Assembly: GCA_016196545.1 (NCBI GenBank)
Contig: JACPXM010000023.1
Span: forward strand, 1-46,271
From: Candidatus Omnitrophota bacterium
GTDB lineage: Bacteria > Omnitrophota > Omnitrophia > Omnitrophales > Aquincolibacteriaceae
DNA: 46,271 bases
Reading direction: 5' to 3'
Shown: positions 29,198 to 39,248 of the stretch, in pieces
How positions within the stretch are numbered: the first letter of the stretch is position 1
How the letters are laid out: each line of letters opens with the position of its first letter
The notes under the pieces: model-generated
The model's database searches: none
Seen by the model: only the letters and a program-made list of their open reading frames with translations
Told to the model about the DNA's origin: nothing
Made by a program: the position numbers and the translations under genes

Positions 29198-29713
29198 GTG
29201 ACTCATTTATATGACATCGTAAAATTTGGAATCTACGCCTTGATGGCCTTTAGCGTCCTTGCGGCCATTCTGGCCGTCACGGTGCGTAATCTCTTTCATG
29301 CCGCACTATGTTTTGCGGCAGTGCTGATTGGCATTGCAGGCGTCTTTCTATCCCTGCACGCGGATTTCCTGGCCATGGTTCAAATCCTGATTTATGTCGG
29401 TGCGGTCATGACGCTTGTAATCTTTGCCATTATGCTTACCGAGCGCTTTGGGGATAATTCGTCGCCCCAGAATAACTCTTTAACCCTCGCGGCGTTCGGC
29501 TTGGCGATTGTCTCGCTGATTGCATTTTCCACGATTTCCGTGAAAACTCGATGGCCCATTCAAGAAAATGCGGGGGCGCTTCATTTATCCGTGGGGGAGC
29601 TCGCCTATGCTCTGCTGAACACTTACGTGCTCCCCTTTGAAGTCATTTCGGTCCTCTTGATTACCACGCTTATCGGCGCTGTGATTATTGCAAAAAAGGA
29701 CAGGGTCTCATGA
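29198..29713 (+). CDS. nuoJ: NADH-quinone oxidoreductase subunit J
   Basis: 171-aa polytopic membrane protein with the ILIYVGAVMTLVIFAIML pattern. GTG start. Confidence 0.88.
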   Translation: MTHLYDIVKFGIYALMAFSVLAAILAVTVRNLFHAALCFAAVLIGIAGVFLSLHADFLAMVQILIYVGAVMTLVIFAIMLTERFGDNSSPQNNSLTLAAFGLAIVSLIAFSTISVKTRWPIQENAGALHLSVGELAYALLNTYVLPFEVISVLLITTLIGAVIIAKKDRVS

Positions 29714-30018
29714 TTCCTCTGACCCATTATCTAATTTTCGCAAACTTTCTTTTTGTGATTGGAATTTTTGGCGCTCTCGTACGCCGTAACATTATCGGTA
29801 TTTTAATCGCGCTGGAACTTATCTTAAACGCGGTGAATGTGAATTTTGTCGCATTTTCTCAAAACACATCGCCGGATCCGGCGACAGGGCAGATTTTCGC
29901 ATTTTTTGTGATCGCCATCGCCGCGGCGGAGGCCACCGTTGGGCTTGCAATCGTGCTGGCGCTCTTCAGAGTCCGTAAAACCATCTTAACCGACGAGATT
30001 CACCTTCTGAAATGGTAG
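29710..30018 (+). CDS. nuoK: NADH-quinone oxidoreductase subunit K
   Basis: 102 aa with three TM helices, LIALELILNAVN and AAAEATVGLAI. It has an ATGA overlap with nuoJ. Confidence 0.9.
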   Translation: MIPLTHYLIFANFLFVIGIFGALVRRNIIGILIALELILNAVNVNFVAFSQNTSPDPATGQIFAFFVIAIAAAEATVGLAIVLALFRVRKTILTDEIHLLKW

Positions 30019-30022
30019 CTTT

Positions 30023-31975
30023 ATGACTTCCTACGCTTATCTTATTCCTGTGTTTCCACTTCTCGGCTTCATCATTAATATTTTCTTTGGAAAATTTTTG
30101 AAGCGCGGGGCCGCCTGGGTTTCCATTCTCTCCAGCCTTGCCTCCTGCGCCCTTGGACTTCCCGCGGCTTATGAAGTGGCCAAGACAGGACAAATTTTTT
30201 CCGCGCATGCGGAATGGCTCACGCTCGGCCGGTCCACGCTCTCCTTCGGCTATTTGCTCGATCCCTTGGCAGCCACTCTCCTATTTGTCGTCACGATTAT
30301 CGGAACGCTAATTCAAATTTATTCCGCGGGCTACATGCAGGACGATCCGCGTTTTTCCCGTTTCTTTGCCTATGTCTCGCTTTTTATGTCGGCCATGCTT
30401 ACACTTGTGATTGCCGATAATTATGCGCTTTTTTTCATGTCCTGGGAAGTCATGGGGCTTTGCTCTTACCTTTTAATCGGTTTCTGGTTTGAAAAAAATT
30501 CTGCGGCGAATGCCGGTCTCAAGGCCTTTCTTACGACCCGCGTCGGCGATGTCGGATTTTTCTTGGGGATATTGACGCTTTTCACAGCTACAGGAAATCT
30601 CAATTTTACCGAGCTCGAATCGTCAGTTCATGCGGCCGGCGCAACGCCAGCGCTGGCCTTGGCCGCGCTCTTGATTTTTTGCGGCACGATCGGGAAATCC
30701 GCACAATTCCCGCTTCACGTATGGCTCCCCGATGCCATGGAAGGCCCCACTCCGGTAAGTGCGCTCATTCACGCGGCCACGATGGTGGCGGCCGGCGTTT
30801 ACCTTGTGGCCCGGTCCTTTGCGCTTTTTTCCGCCTTTCCCAGTGTGATGCAAGTCGTTGTCCTCATCGGAACCCTCACCGCGTTTATGGCTGCCTTTAT
30901 CGCGCTGAGCGCAACCGATATCAAAAAGGTACTGGCCTATTCTACGATTTCACAGCTGGGTTACATGGTCACAGCACTCGGCCTCGGAAGCCTCAGCGCC
31001 GGCACGTTTCACTTAATGACGCATGCTTATTTTAAGGCCCTTCTCTTTCTCGGCGCCGGAAGCGTCATTCATGGCACGCACAGCCAGGACATTCGTGAAA
31101 TGGGCGGCCTCTTAAAAAAAATGCCACACACGGCCTGGACTTTTATCATCGCCTCCTTGGCAATCGCGGGAGTTCCTCCGCTTTCCGGATTCTGGAGCAA
31201 AGACGAAATCCTTTTAGCCGCCTTTGATTCCGGAAATAAAATTGTATTTTTCCTGCTTCTTGTCATTGCCTTTATGACCGCCTTCTATATGTTCCGGCTG
31301 GTGTTTCTGACCTTTTTCGGAACGCTTCGCAATCACAAAATTCATCCTCATGAATCCCCGGCCACGATGACCGGCCCGCTTTGGATTCTTGCGCTCGGAG
31401 CCATTTTGGTCGGACTCCCGGGCTCACCCTTTTTCGGACATTGGTTTTCAAATTTTATCCATGGTCCCGTGACGCAGGGCACCCATGAAATTCATGGCTC
31501 GGGGGCTGTCCATCATGCCCTTAATTGGTTTGTTGTCGGATGTTCGGTGGCCGCAGGTCTTGGCGGCATTTTGCTTGCCGCGGTTTTTTATCTTGGAAAA
31601 TTAAATCCCTCGGTGTGGGTCATGCGAACTTTTAAGCCCCTTTATGATCTTTCGATTCATAAACTCTGGTTTGATGAAATTTATTCCGTCTTGCTGGTCC
31701 GCCCCTTTCTTAAACTGGGTCAGTGGCTTTTTATATTCGATCAAAAGGCCGTGGACGGCTTGGTCAATGCAGCCGGAACAGGCACCGTGAAATCCAGCAA
31801 TTTGCAGGGATGGATAGACAAACATATTGTAGACGGACTGGTGAATTTGGTCGGTGTTGTGACCCAGCTCACAAGTGCGACGGTCCGGCGAGTTCAAACC
31901 GGCTTGGTCCAGCATTATCTTTTAATTACCTTTGTGAGCGTGATCTTGCTCATGTACTTTCACGTTAAACCGTAA
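30023..31975 (+). CDS. nuoL: NADH-quinone oxidoreductase subunit L
   Basis: 650-aa antiporter-like subunit with GKSAQFPLHVWLPDAMEGPTPVSALIHAATMV. Confidence 0.93.
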   Translation: MTSYAYLIPVFPLLGFIINIFFGKFLKRGAAWVSILSSLASCALGLPAAYEVAKTGQIFSAHAEWLTLGRSTLSFGYLLDPLAATLLFVVTIIGTLIQIYSAGYMQDDPRFSRFFAYVSLFMSAMLTLVIADNYALFFMSWEVMGLCSYLLIGFWFEKNSAANAGLKAFLTTRVGDVGFFLGILTLFTATGNLNFTELESSVHAAGATPALALAALLIFCGTIGKSAQFPLHVWLPDAMEGPTPVSALIHAATMVAAGVYLVARSFALFSAFPSVMQVVVLIGTLTAFMAAFIALSATDIKKVLAYSTISQLGYMVTALGLGSLSAGTFHLMTHAYFKALLFLGAGSVIHGTHSQDIREMGGLLKKMPHTAWTFIIASLAIAGVPPLSGFWSKDEILLAAFDSGNKIVFFLLLVIAFMTAFYMFRLVFLTFFGTLRNHKIHPHESPATMTGPLWILALGAILVGLPGSPFFGHWFSNFIHGPVTQGTHEIHGSGAVHHALNWFVVGCSVAAGLGGILLAAVFYLGKLNPSVWVMRTFKPLYDLSIHKLWFDEIYSVLLVRPFLKLGQWLFIFDQKAVDGLVNAAGTGTVKSSNLQGWIDKHIVDGLVNLVGVVTQLTSATVRRVQTGLVQHYLLITFVSVILLMYFHVKP

Positions 31976-31978
31976 ACC

Positions 31979-32025
31979 CAAAGGTACCAGGTTCCTTTTT
32001 GCAAAAAGGAACCTGGTACCTTTTG
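31979..32025. repeat. REP-A family 47-nt near-perfect palindrome between nuoL and nuoM
   Basis: caaaggtaccaggttccttttt-gc-aaaaaggaacctggtaccttttg. Confidence 0.8.
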
Positions 32026-32035
32026 AAGGAGTGCT

Positions 32036-33505
32036 ATGAAATCCCATTTATTATCCTGGATTATTTTTTCACCGCTTCTTGTGGCCCTCGCCCTTCTTTT
32101 TGTTCCCAGGTCCCAGACTTTTCTCCTTAAATGGATCGCCGCGGCGGGCACGCTTTTTGTCGGCATTCTTTCCTTGATCGCGCTAGGGGCCTTCGACCCC
32201 GCCCAAACCGGCTTTCAATTGGTGGAACGGGTGAGCTGGATTCCCGCCTTTCAGGTACATTATTTCGTGGGAACGGACGGCATCAGTTTTCCGATGATTG
32301 CCCTGACTGCCTTGATTTCATTTCTGGGCTGTATCGGCTCTTTCGGAATCAAAGAAAGAGAAAAAGAATATTACTTTCTTTACCTTTTGCTTGAAACCGG
32401 AATGCTAGGAAGCTTTTTGGCGCTCGATTTATTTCTTTTCTATATTTTCTGGGAAGTGGTGCTGGTCCCGATGTATTTTTTAATCGGCATCTGGGGGGGA
32501 CCCCGAAAAGAATACGCGGCGATCAAATTCTTCCTTTACACGTTGGCAGGCTCGCTGTTCATGCTGCTGGGCATCCTGGCGCTTTATTTTAACGCGACTC
32601 CACACACCTTTGATTTAACGCTCTTGGTGCAAAATTCCTTCGCCGTGCCGCTTCAAAAAATCCTGTTCCTGGCCTTTTTTCTCGGTTTTGCGATTAAAGT
32701 CCCGGCCTTTCCGTTTCACACCTGGCTGCCGGACGCTCACGTGGAGGCCCCGACCCCCATCAGCGTCATCCTCGCGGGCATCCTGCTCAAAATGGGTACC
32801 TACGGATTTTTCCGTTTCAGCTATCCCTTGTTTCCGGAGGCTGCACTTTGGTTTCGGCCCGCCATGGCGTTGATCGCAGTCATTGGAATTATCTACGGCG
32901 GTTTTGTGGCAATGGCTCAAACGGACTTTAAAAAAATGGTTGCCTATTCCAGCGTCAGCCACATGGGCTTTGTGCTGCTGGGGCTTGCGGCCTTCACCGC
33001 AAACGGTTTTAACGGCGCCCTGCTTCAAATGTTTACCCACGGCATTATCACAAGCGCCCTTTTTTTGCTGGTCGGTGTGCTTTATGACCGCGCCCACACA
33101 CGCGACATGGGAGCCTTCGGGGGTTTAAGCGCACAAATGCCGGTTTATTCCGGAATTCTTATTTTATTTTCGCTGGCCTCTCTGGGACTTCCAGGTTTGG
33201 CGGGATTTATCAGTGAATTTTTGGTGCTGCTTGGAACTTACCAAGCTCAAAAACTTTGGGCGGGCCTTGCCTGTATTGGAATTATTCTGGCTGCGGCCTA
33301 TCTTTTGATGATGGTGCGCAAAGTCCTCCTGGGCCCCGCCCATGAAAAGTGGGCCAAACTTCCGGATATCCATGCGCGGGAGATTTTTACACTTGCCCCG
33401 CTCGGGGTTCTTGTGATTTTGTTCGGCCTGCTTCCCAGTTTGATTCTCAACTACATCACACCTACGGCTCAGGCGCTTTTACTTTCGCTCGGAGGCAAGC
33501 TGTGA
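32036..33505 (+). CDS. nuoM: NADH-quinone oxidoreductase subunit M
   Basis: 489-aa antiporter-like subunit with AIKVPAFPFHTWLPDAHVEAPTPISVILAG. Confidence 0.93.
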   Translation: MKSHLLSWIIFSPLLVALALLFVPRSQTFLLKWIAAAGTLFVGILSLIALGAFDPAQTGFQLVERVSWIPAFQVHYFVGTDGISFPMIALTALISFLGCIGSFGIKEREKEYYFLYLLLETGMLGSFLALDLFLFYIFWEVVLVPMYFLIGIWGGPRKEYAAIKFFLYTLAGSLFMLLGILALYFNATPHTFDLTLLVQNSFAVPLQKILFLAFFLGFAIKVPAFPFHTWLPDAHVEAPTPISVILAGILLKMGTYGFFRFSYPLFPEAALWFRPAMALIAVIGIIYGGFVAMAQTDFKKMVAYSSVSHMGFVLLGLAAFTANGFNGALLQMFTHGIITSALFLLVGVLYDRAHTRDMGAFGGLSAQMPVYSGILILFSLASLGLPGLAGFISEFLVLLGTYQAQKLWAGLACIGIILAAAYLLMMVRKVLLGPAHEKWAKLPDIHAREIFTLAPLGVLVILFGLLPSLILNYITPTAQALLLSLGGKL

Positions 33506-34920
33506 CGATTGCCGACAGCCTGCGCTATTTTGTCCCTGAAATCTTTCTGCTTTCAGGCGCCTTTCTCGCATTGATGCTGGATCTTTTCATTAAAAATAAA
33601 AAGGCGATCGGTTTTTTCGCAATCCTCATTTTAATCTTGACCCTCTATCTGGCCAGGACTCCCCCGGTGCCGATGGACCTTTTCTTCGGATTTTTCCGGC
33701 TCGATGTCTTCACCCATTTTTTCCGCCTCACTGCGCTTGGAATTCTCGCCGTCACCGTTTTAATCTCGCTTTCCTACAAACCCCTGATTAAATCATATGA
33801 GGGCGAATATTATTCTCTGCTCCTTTTTATGGCCTTTGCGCTGATTTTGATGGCGGCCTCGACCAATCTTCTAGCCCTCTTTCTTCACATTGAATTCGTT
33901 TCGATTCTTTCGTATTTGTTAGTGGGGTTTTTGAAAAATGACGCGCGCTCCAAGGAGGCCTCCATGAAATACCTGCTTTTCGGAAGCCTGGCCTCCGGGA
34001 TTATGCTCTACGGCATGTCGCTCCTTTTCGGTGTCACAGGCTCTTTAGACCTTGAGACCATCCGCTCTAAAATCATCGATCCCCCCTATTTTATGATTTC
34101 GCTCATTTCGTTGTTTCTGCTTTTGGCCGGGCTGGGTTTTAAAATTTCCATGGCTCCCTTTCACATGTGGGCACCGGACGTTTATGAAGCGGCGCCAACC
34201 CCGATTGCTGCATTTCTGACCGTGGGTCCCAAGGCCATCGGCTTCGCGGTGCTTTACCGCGTCCTGATGGTCGGTTTCGGATGGATGGCCTGGAAATGGA
34301 AGCCGCTTTTGATCTTTTTCTCCATTCTCACCATGACGATAGGAAATATCGTTGCGATCTCGCAAGGCAATATTAAAAGGCTTCTCGCTTATTCCAGCAT
34401 CGCGCAGGCAGGTTACATTTTGATGGGACTTGCCGCAGCCAATGAAACGGGGCTCTCAGGCGTTTTGATTTATCTTCTGGCTTATACACTCACCAATCTC
34501 GGCGCGTTCACGGTGGTGATTTATGCCTCGAATGTTTTCGGCAATGACTTGATTGAATCTTATGCGGGCCTGGGCCGGCGCTCACCCTTTCTGGCTGCGG
34601 CACTCACGTTCTTCTTGATTTCTCTGGCGGGGCTTCCACCGTTTGCAGGATTTATCGGAAAGTTTTTTGTTTTCTCAGGCGCGATTGAGGCCAAGCAATA
34701 TGGGCTTGCGATTGCCGCGACACTCAATAGCGCCGTGGCCGCGTTTTACTATTTTAAAATCGTGCGACAAATGTATCTGGTGGCGCCCACCCACCACGAA
34801 CCCATGACCCGCAGCCTGCCGCTTTCCCTGGCACTTGTGTTGCTTTCGGCCGGGATTCTTCTCTTCGGCCTCTGGCCCAACCCTGTGATTGAACTCGTCA
34901 AATCTTCGATTTTAATTTAA
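33502..34920 (+). CDS. nuoN: NADH-quinone oxidoreductase subunit N
   Basis: Antiporter-like subunit with FKISMAPFHMWAPDVYEAAPTPIAAF. The GTG at 33502 overlaps the nuoM TGA (GTGA). The ORF-track start at 33349 is rejected because it overlaps nuoM. Confidence 0.9.
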   Translation: MTIADSLRYFVPEIFLLSGAFLALMLDLFIKNKKAIGFFAILILILTLYLARTPPVPMDLFFGFFRLDVFTHFFRLTALGILAVTVLISLSYKPLIKSYEGEYYSLLLFMAFALILMAASTNLLALFLHIEFVSILSYLLVGFLKNDARSKEASMKYLLFGSLASGIMLYGMSLLFGVTGSLDLETIRSKIIDPPYFMISLISLFLLLAGLGFKISMAPFHMWAPDVYEAAPTPIAAFLTVGPKAIGFAVLYRVLMVGFGWMAWKWKPLLIFFSILTMTIGNIVAISQGNIKRLLAYSSIAQAGYILMGLAAANETGLSGVLIYLLAYTLTNLGAFTVVIYASNVFGNDLIESYAGLGRRSPFLAAALTFFLISLAGLPPFAGFIGKFFVFSGAIEAKQYGLAIAATLNSAVAAFYYFKIVRQMYLVAPTHHEPMTRSLPLSLALVLLSAGILLFGLWPNPVIELVKSSILI

Positions 34921-34948
34921 ACAAAAAAACTCATAGGACAATTTTAAG

Positions 34949-35281
34949 CTAAGCGCGGTACATCATGACTTGGGCTTTTTCGAGAGTCACTAGCCCCTCT
35001 TTAACCATGAGGTCGAGGTGGGGAAGAAAGCGATTGATTTTCTCCTCAGTGTCTACGATTTCAATAACAATGGGAAGATCCTCAGAAAGCCGGAGGAGTT
35101 TGGCGGTGTGCATATGGCTTTTCGCGCCAAATCCCAAAAAGCCTTTGAGCGCGGTAGCACCGGCCATGCCTTCTTTTTTGGCAAGGTGAACAATCGCTTC
35201 ATAAAGAGGCGCACCCTGCCATTTGTCTTGCTCGCCGATAAAAATCCGAAGCAGTTTTCCATGTTCAGGCAATTTCACCAT
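34949..35281 (-). CDS. DUF190 (UPF0166, PII-like) protein
   Basis: LLRIFIGEQDKWQGAPLYEAIVHLAKKEGMAGATALKGFLGFG...DLPIVIEIVD is the pattern typical of DUF190. I moved the start to the ATG at 35281. Confidence 0.65.
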   Translation of the reverse strand: MVKLPEHGKLLRIFIGEQDKWQGAPLYEAIVHLAKKEGMAGATALKGFLGFGAKSHMHTAKLLRLSEDLPIVIEIVDTEEKINRFLPHLDLMVKEGLVTLEKAQVMMYRA

Positions 35282-35310
35282 AAAACAACCCCCCTTAAAC
35301 GGTTTTCCTC

Positions 35311-36327
35311 TTAATAACTCGATTCTTCCAGTTTTACTTTTCCACGAAAAATCCAATAAATACTTACCGTATAAGCCATCACAAGCGGCATGCCGAGTAA
35401 TGCGATCAGCCCCATAATCTGAAGCGTTTTTTGAGAAGAGGCGCTGTTATAAATCGTGAGGCTGAATTCCGAAAAAGGCCTGGAATAAACCAGATTCGGA
35501 TACATGTCGATTCCAAAGAGCGCCATCAAGGTCACCATGGCCAAACACGAAGACAGGAAGGCCTTAAAATCATTTCCTTTGGAAATTTCGCGCGGGATAT
35601 TGGCAATGGCAAGAATATTAAAAAGGGGGACCATAAAAAATACGGGGGAACGTTTTAAAACATCCGACATTTGAGGGGCATAAAGCAGCGTGGCAACCGT
35701 CGCAAGGGCGTAGGTGACCATAAAAAAAATCATTGTGGATTTGATCCATCCTTTGATTTGACGTTGTAACTCCCCTTCGGTTTTTAAAACTCCATAAATG
35801 GCGCCATGCATCATAAAAAGGGAAAGCACAAGGACGCCGATTAAAAGGCTGTAAGGATGAATCAACGTAAAAAAATTCCCCGTAAATTCCTTATCCGGCC
35901 CAAGGGGAATCCCCCACGCCAAATTGCCAAGCGCGATCCCAATGATAAGACTTGAAAGGATGCTTGAGACGCTAAAGCTAAAATCCCAAACATCCTTCCA
36001 CCACTTCATGGGTTGCTTGCTGCGAAATTCAATGGCGACCGCTCGAAAAATAAGGCAAAACAAAAGAAGCATAAAGGCCATATAAAATCCGGAAAATACG
36101 GTGGCATAAACATCCGGGAAAGCCGCAAAAAGCGCCCCCCCTCCCGTGACAAGCCAGACCTCATTACCGTCCCACACAGGACCAATGCTGTTGAGCAGAA
36201 TGCGTCGGTTGCGATCGCTTTTTGTAAACAGATGAAGCGCTCCCACGCCGAGGTCAAAGCCGTCTAAGACGGCATAGCCGGTCATCAAAATGCCGACGAG
36301 TAAAAACCAAAGGGTATTAAGATCCAT
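35311..36327 (-). CDS. cydB: cytochrome bd-type quinol oxidase subunit II
   Basis: 338-aa polytopic protein with the N-terminus LNTLWFLLVGILMTGYAVLDGFDLGVG, directly downstream of cydA. Confidence 0.92.
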   Translation of the reverse strand: MDLNTLWFLLVGILMTGYAVLDGFDLGVGALHLFTKSDRNRRILLNSIGPVWDGNEVWLVTGGGALFAAFPDVYATVFSGFYMAFMLLLFCLIFRAVAIEFRSKQPMKWWKDVWDFSFSVSSILSSLIIGIALGNLAWGIPLGPDKEFTGNFFTLIHPYSLLIGVLVLSLFMMHGAIYGVLKTEGELQRQIKGWIKSTMIFFMVTYALATVATLLYAPQMSDVLKRSPVFFMVPLFNILAIANIPREISKGNDFKAFLSSCLAMVTLMALFGIDMYPNLVYSRPFSEFSLTIYNSASSQKTLQIMGLIALLGMPLVMAYTVSIYWIFRGKVKLEESSY

Positions 36328-36329
36328 TT

Positions 36330-37679
36330 TTAAGCCCGGTGGCCGGAGATTTGCGATTCTTCCGCTCCCGGCCCCTTTTTAATTTTTTGATCCAACAGAT
36401 AAACAAAGAGAATGAAAAGCAGAAGATAGACCACGGAAAACATGAGGATGGAGGCAAGCACCTGTCCCGAACTCACGACACGGGAAACCCCCTGCTCGGT
36501 TCGCAAAAGACCGTAAACAATCCAAGGCTGTCTTCCGATTTCAGCGGTTGCCCAGCCAAGCTGATTGGCAATTTGAGGTCCCAAAACAGAAATCACAAAA
36601 AGCCTTAGCAGCCACTTTTTTTGAAACAAAGTGCCACGCCACCAAAAAAAGCAGCCGAGCAAGCTCAAGACGATGAGGGCAAGACCTATGAGAATCATGC
36701 CATGAAACGCTTGAAACGTAATATTGACGGGCGGCCTGTCCTCCGGCTTGAAGGCTAAGAGCCCCGCCACGGGCTGCTTCGGATTGCCCGAAATGAGAAG
36801 ACTAAGAAAATTTGGAATCGCAATGCCGTATTTAACGGCTCGATTTTTTTCATCGACCCATCCAAAAAGATTCATATCCGCAGGAGCGCTTTCGGGAAAA
36901 TGGGCCTCCATCGCCGCCAACTTTGCTGGCTGATAACGGCTGACGGTCACCGCGCTGGCATGCCCGCTTACCAGCTGAAGGAGAGAAGCCATCGTTGCAA
37001 GGATTAATGCGATTTTGAGGGAGGCCTTGGCAAAATCTTGATGCCTTTGCTTCAATAAATAATAAGCGCTGACACTTAACACGAGCCAAGCGCCCGCCTG
37101 CCAGCAACCCATGATCACATGACTCAGCCGGTCCATGGAAGAAGGGTTAAAGACAAGTTGCCAAAAATCAGTGACTTCCGCCCGCTCAAAACCGTTTGTT
37201 TTCACAAGGTGATAGCCCGCCGGGGTTTGCATCCAGGAATTGGCCACGACAATCCAAATCGCACTGAACATCGATCCCAGCGATACCATGCAGGTGGAAA
37301 AAAAATGCATGCGGGGACCGACCCGGTTCCAGCCGAAGAGCAAAAGCGCCAAAAATCCCGACTCCAGAAAAAAAGCAAAAATCCCTTCCGCGGCAAGCGC
37401 ACTCCCAAAAACATCGCCCACATAGCGGGAATAATAAGACCAGTTGGTTCCAAATTGAAATTCCATGACAATGCCCGAGGCCACACCCATAGAAAAAGTG
37501 AGGCCGAAAATTTTGACCCAGAATTTGGTCATTTGTTCGTAGAGCGGCTGGCGGGTACGAAGATAGGTCGCCTCCATCAAAACAAGCAAAAGTCCAAGGC
37601 CGATGCTGAGCGGCGGGAATATGTAATGAAAGGAGATGGTGAGGGCAAATTGTATCCGGGAAAGCAAGACAAGGTCCAT
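36330..37679 (-). CDS. cydA: cytochrome bd-type quinol oxidase subunit I
   Basis: [23 protein letters not shown] and the [13 protein letters not shown]-loop-proximal motif. Confidence 0.93.
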   Translation of the reverse strand: MDLVLLSRIQFALTISFHYIFPPLSIGLGLLLVLMEATYLRTRQPLYEQMTKFWVKIFGLTFSMGVASGIVMEFQFGTNWSYYSRYVGDVFGSALAAEGIFAFFLESGFLALLLFGWNRVGPRMHFFSTCMVSLGSMFSAIWIVVANSWMQTPAGYHLVKTNGFERAEVTDFWQLVFNPSSMDRLSHVIMGCWQAGAWLVLSVSAYYLLKQRHQDFAKASLKIALILATMASLLQLVSGHASAVTVSRYQPAKLAAMEAHFPESAPADMNLFGWVDEKNRAVKYGIAIPNFLSLLISGNPKQPVAGLLAFKPEDRPPVNITFQAFHGMILIGLALIVLSLLGCFFWWRGTLFQKKWLLRLFVISVLGPQIANQLGWATAEIGRQPWIVYGLLRTEQGVSRVVSSGQVLASILMFSVVYLLLFILFVYLLDQKIKKGPGAEESQISGHRA

Positions 37680-37696
37680 CGAAGCTCCTCAAAACT

Positions 37697-37742
37697 AAAA
37701 GGGCCGGTCGCCTTTTCCATTTCGGCGAGCCCGGCCCTTTTT
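37697..37742 (-). terminator. intrinsic-terminator-like hairpin after the LTXXQ protein gene
   Basis: On the minus strand, aaaagggccgg...ccggccctttt is followed by agttttg. It lies between the 37756 stop and the cydA start. Confidence 0.55.
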
Positions 37743-37755
37743 GGCTGACAACGAC

Positions 37756-38253
37756 TTATTTTTTCTGAAGCCAGAGTTCCTTGGCCTTAGCCATTTGTGC
37801 TTCCGTCAAAACGGCTTTAAGTTTTACATAGGAGGCAAGCGTTTCTTTGGCTGTGGTATTCATGGCAGCACTCATTTGGTCGATCATGGCATTCAATCCT
37901 TCTTGATCTACGGGATTTTGGGCCATCATATGTTTGACATCCAGAGAAAAAATCTTATGGTCTGTCATGGCGCGCAGATAGGCTTTTTTAGATTCCAGCT
38001 TTAAGGTCTTGATGGTGTTCATCTGATCTTCAGTAAGCGCAAGTTCGGTTTGATGATCCAGGAAAAACTCGGCCTTGCTCATGAGTTTGTCGGTGATGGG
38101 ACACATGGATTTGCCCTCGCCCTTTGAAAACTTTCCGCTATAAGGGCATTTTCCCATGGGGCATTGACCTCGGGAGTGATCTGCGAATACGCTCGTTCCT
38201 AAAAGCGTCAGAAAAATTGCGCTCATGAATAACGTTCTCGATGTCTTTTTCAT
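37756..38253 (-). CDS. periplasmic LTXXQ-motif protein (Spy/CpxP/ZraP family) with Cys-rich N-terminal segment
   Basis: Signal peptide MKKTSRTLFMSAIFLTLLGTSVFA, LTEDQ and LTEAQ motifs, and a CPMGKCP...CP segment. Strong AGGAGGGA SD. Confidence 0.7.
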   Translation of the reverse strand: MKKTSRTLFMSAIFLTLLGTSVFADHSRGQCPMGKCPYSGKFSKGEGKSMCPITDKLMSKAEFFLDHQTELALTEDQMNTIKTLKLESKKAYLRAMTDHKIFSLDVKHMMAQNPVDQEGLNAMIDQMSAAMNTTAKETLASYVKLKAVLTEAQMAKAKELWLQKK

Positions 38254-38387
38254 AGTTCCCTCCTGTTTTTTTCTGTGACGATGTACTATGATACCACAGC
38301 AAATTGCGGGGAAAAAACTATTCTTTATTTTTAGGAAGACTGTCGGCTATTTCATAAAGACAGGAGGGTCGGTAGAACAGATGGATT

Positions 38388-39161
38388 TCAGGCTGCTTTA
38401 AAAATCGGTGTGGTTTCTTTCAGGAGATATTCGGAAATCGTGCCGACCTCGGTGACATTGACAAAATCGATGATCGGCGCCTCGTGGAGGCTGCGCACCC
38501 TCAAACTTAAATCCTTAACGACTTCCTGAAAGGAGCGGGAGGAACCCTTAAGCCTTAAGCCAATCACGCAATGGGGGGGTTCTTTTCGTTCCGTATAAAA
38601 AACTTGCCCCAGATAGGCGCACTCGATATCAAGATGACTTGAAAAATAAGCTTGGAGGGCCTCAAGGGTTTTTTGAGGAGGCTGGGCCGGTTGGCCAAGG
38701 ATGAGCTTCTCCCCTTGCCTTAAGTTAAATTCAAGAACTTCAAAAATTTTCCCGCTTCTCAAATCTTCGATTTCCTGCCAGGTGAATTTTTTCCCAACCG
38801 GGGCTCCCGCGTTGAGGATAAAAAGGGATTCGGGTTCTAACATTTCCAAAAAATCTCGGGTCTTCATGCGAACATAGGTTGTTTGCTCTTGAATCGATTG
38901 GGTGAGTATTTTTAGAGAACTGTAGGCGCAAATTTGTTTTTGGCCTTCAATATCAAATAAATTAAATTGAATTTCGCCCCCTTCCACAAACTTGTCTCCA
39001 TCCCCGGAAATTTGAGCCGGCCCAAGCGCCTTTCCTATCACATAAAGTTCTCCTTCTAAAAAGGCACGATAAAAATCCGGAACCGCACTCGGGTTCCGGC
39101 TTGCTTTTTTTATGAGCGCTTCGAGTTTTTCTCCCGGCTCCTCAAATGAAAACCACCCCAT
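38388..39161 (-). CDS. SseB-like protein (hypothetical, two-domain)
   Basis: The 257-aa N-terminus LEALIKKASRNPSAVPDFYRAFLEGELYVIG resembles the SseB N-terminal domain. The assignment is from memory only. Confidence 0.45.
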   Translation of the reverse strand: MGWFSFEEPGEKLEALIKKASRNPSAVPDFYRAFLEGELYVIGKALGPAQISGDGDKFVEGGEIQFNLFDIEGQKQICAYSSLKILTQSIQEQTTYVRMKTRDFLEMLEPESLFILNAGAPVGKKFTWQEIEDLRSGKIFEVLEFNLRQGEKLILGQPAQPPQKTLEALQAYFSSHLDIECAYLGQVFYTERKEPPHCVIGLRLKGSSRSFQEVVKDLSLRVRSLHEAPIIDFVNVTEVGTISEYLLKETTPIFKAA

Positions 39162-39248
39162 GGGCGTCTCCTTTTTCTAGAAGGATACCTGACAGAAATG
39201 ATGAAATCAAAGGTATCGAGAAAAAGGGATTTATTCGATTGAAACTTT

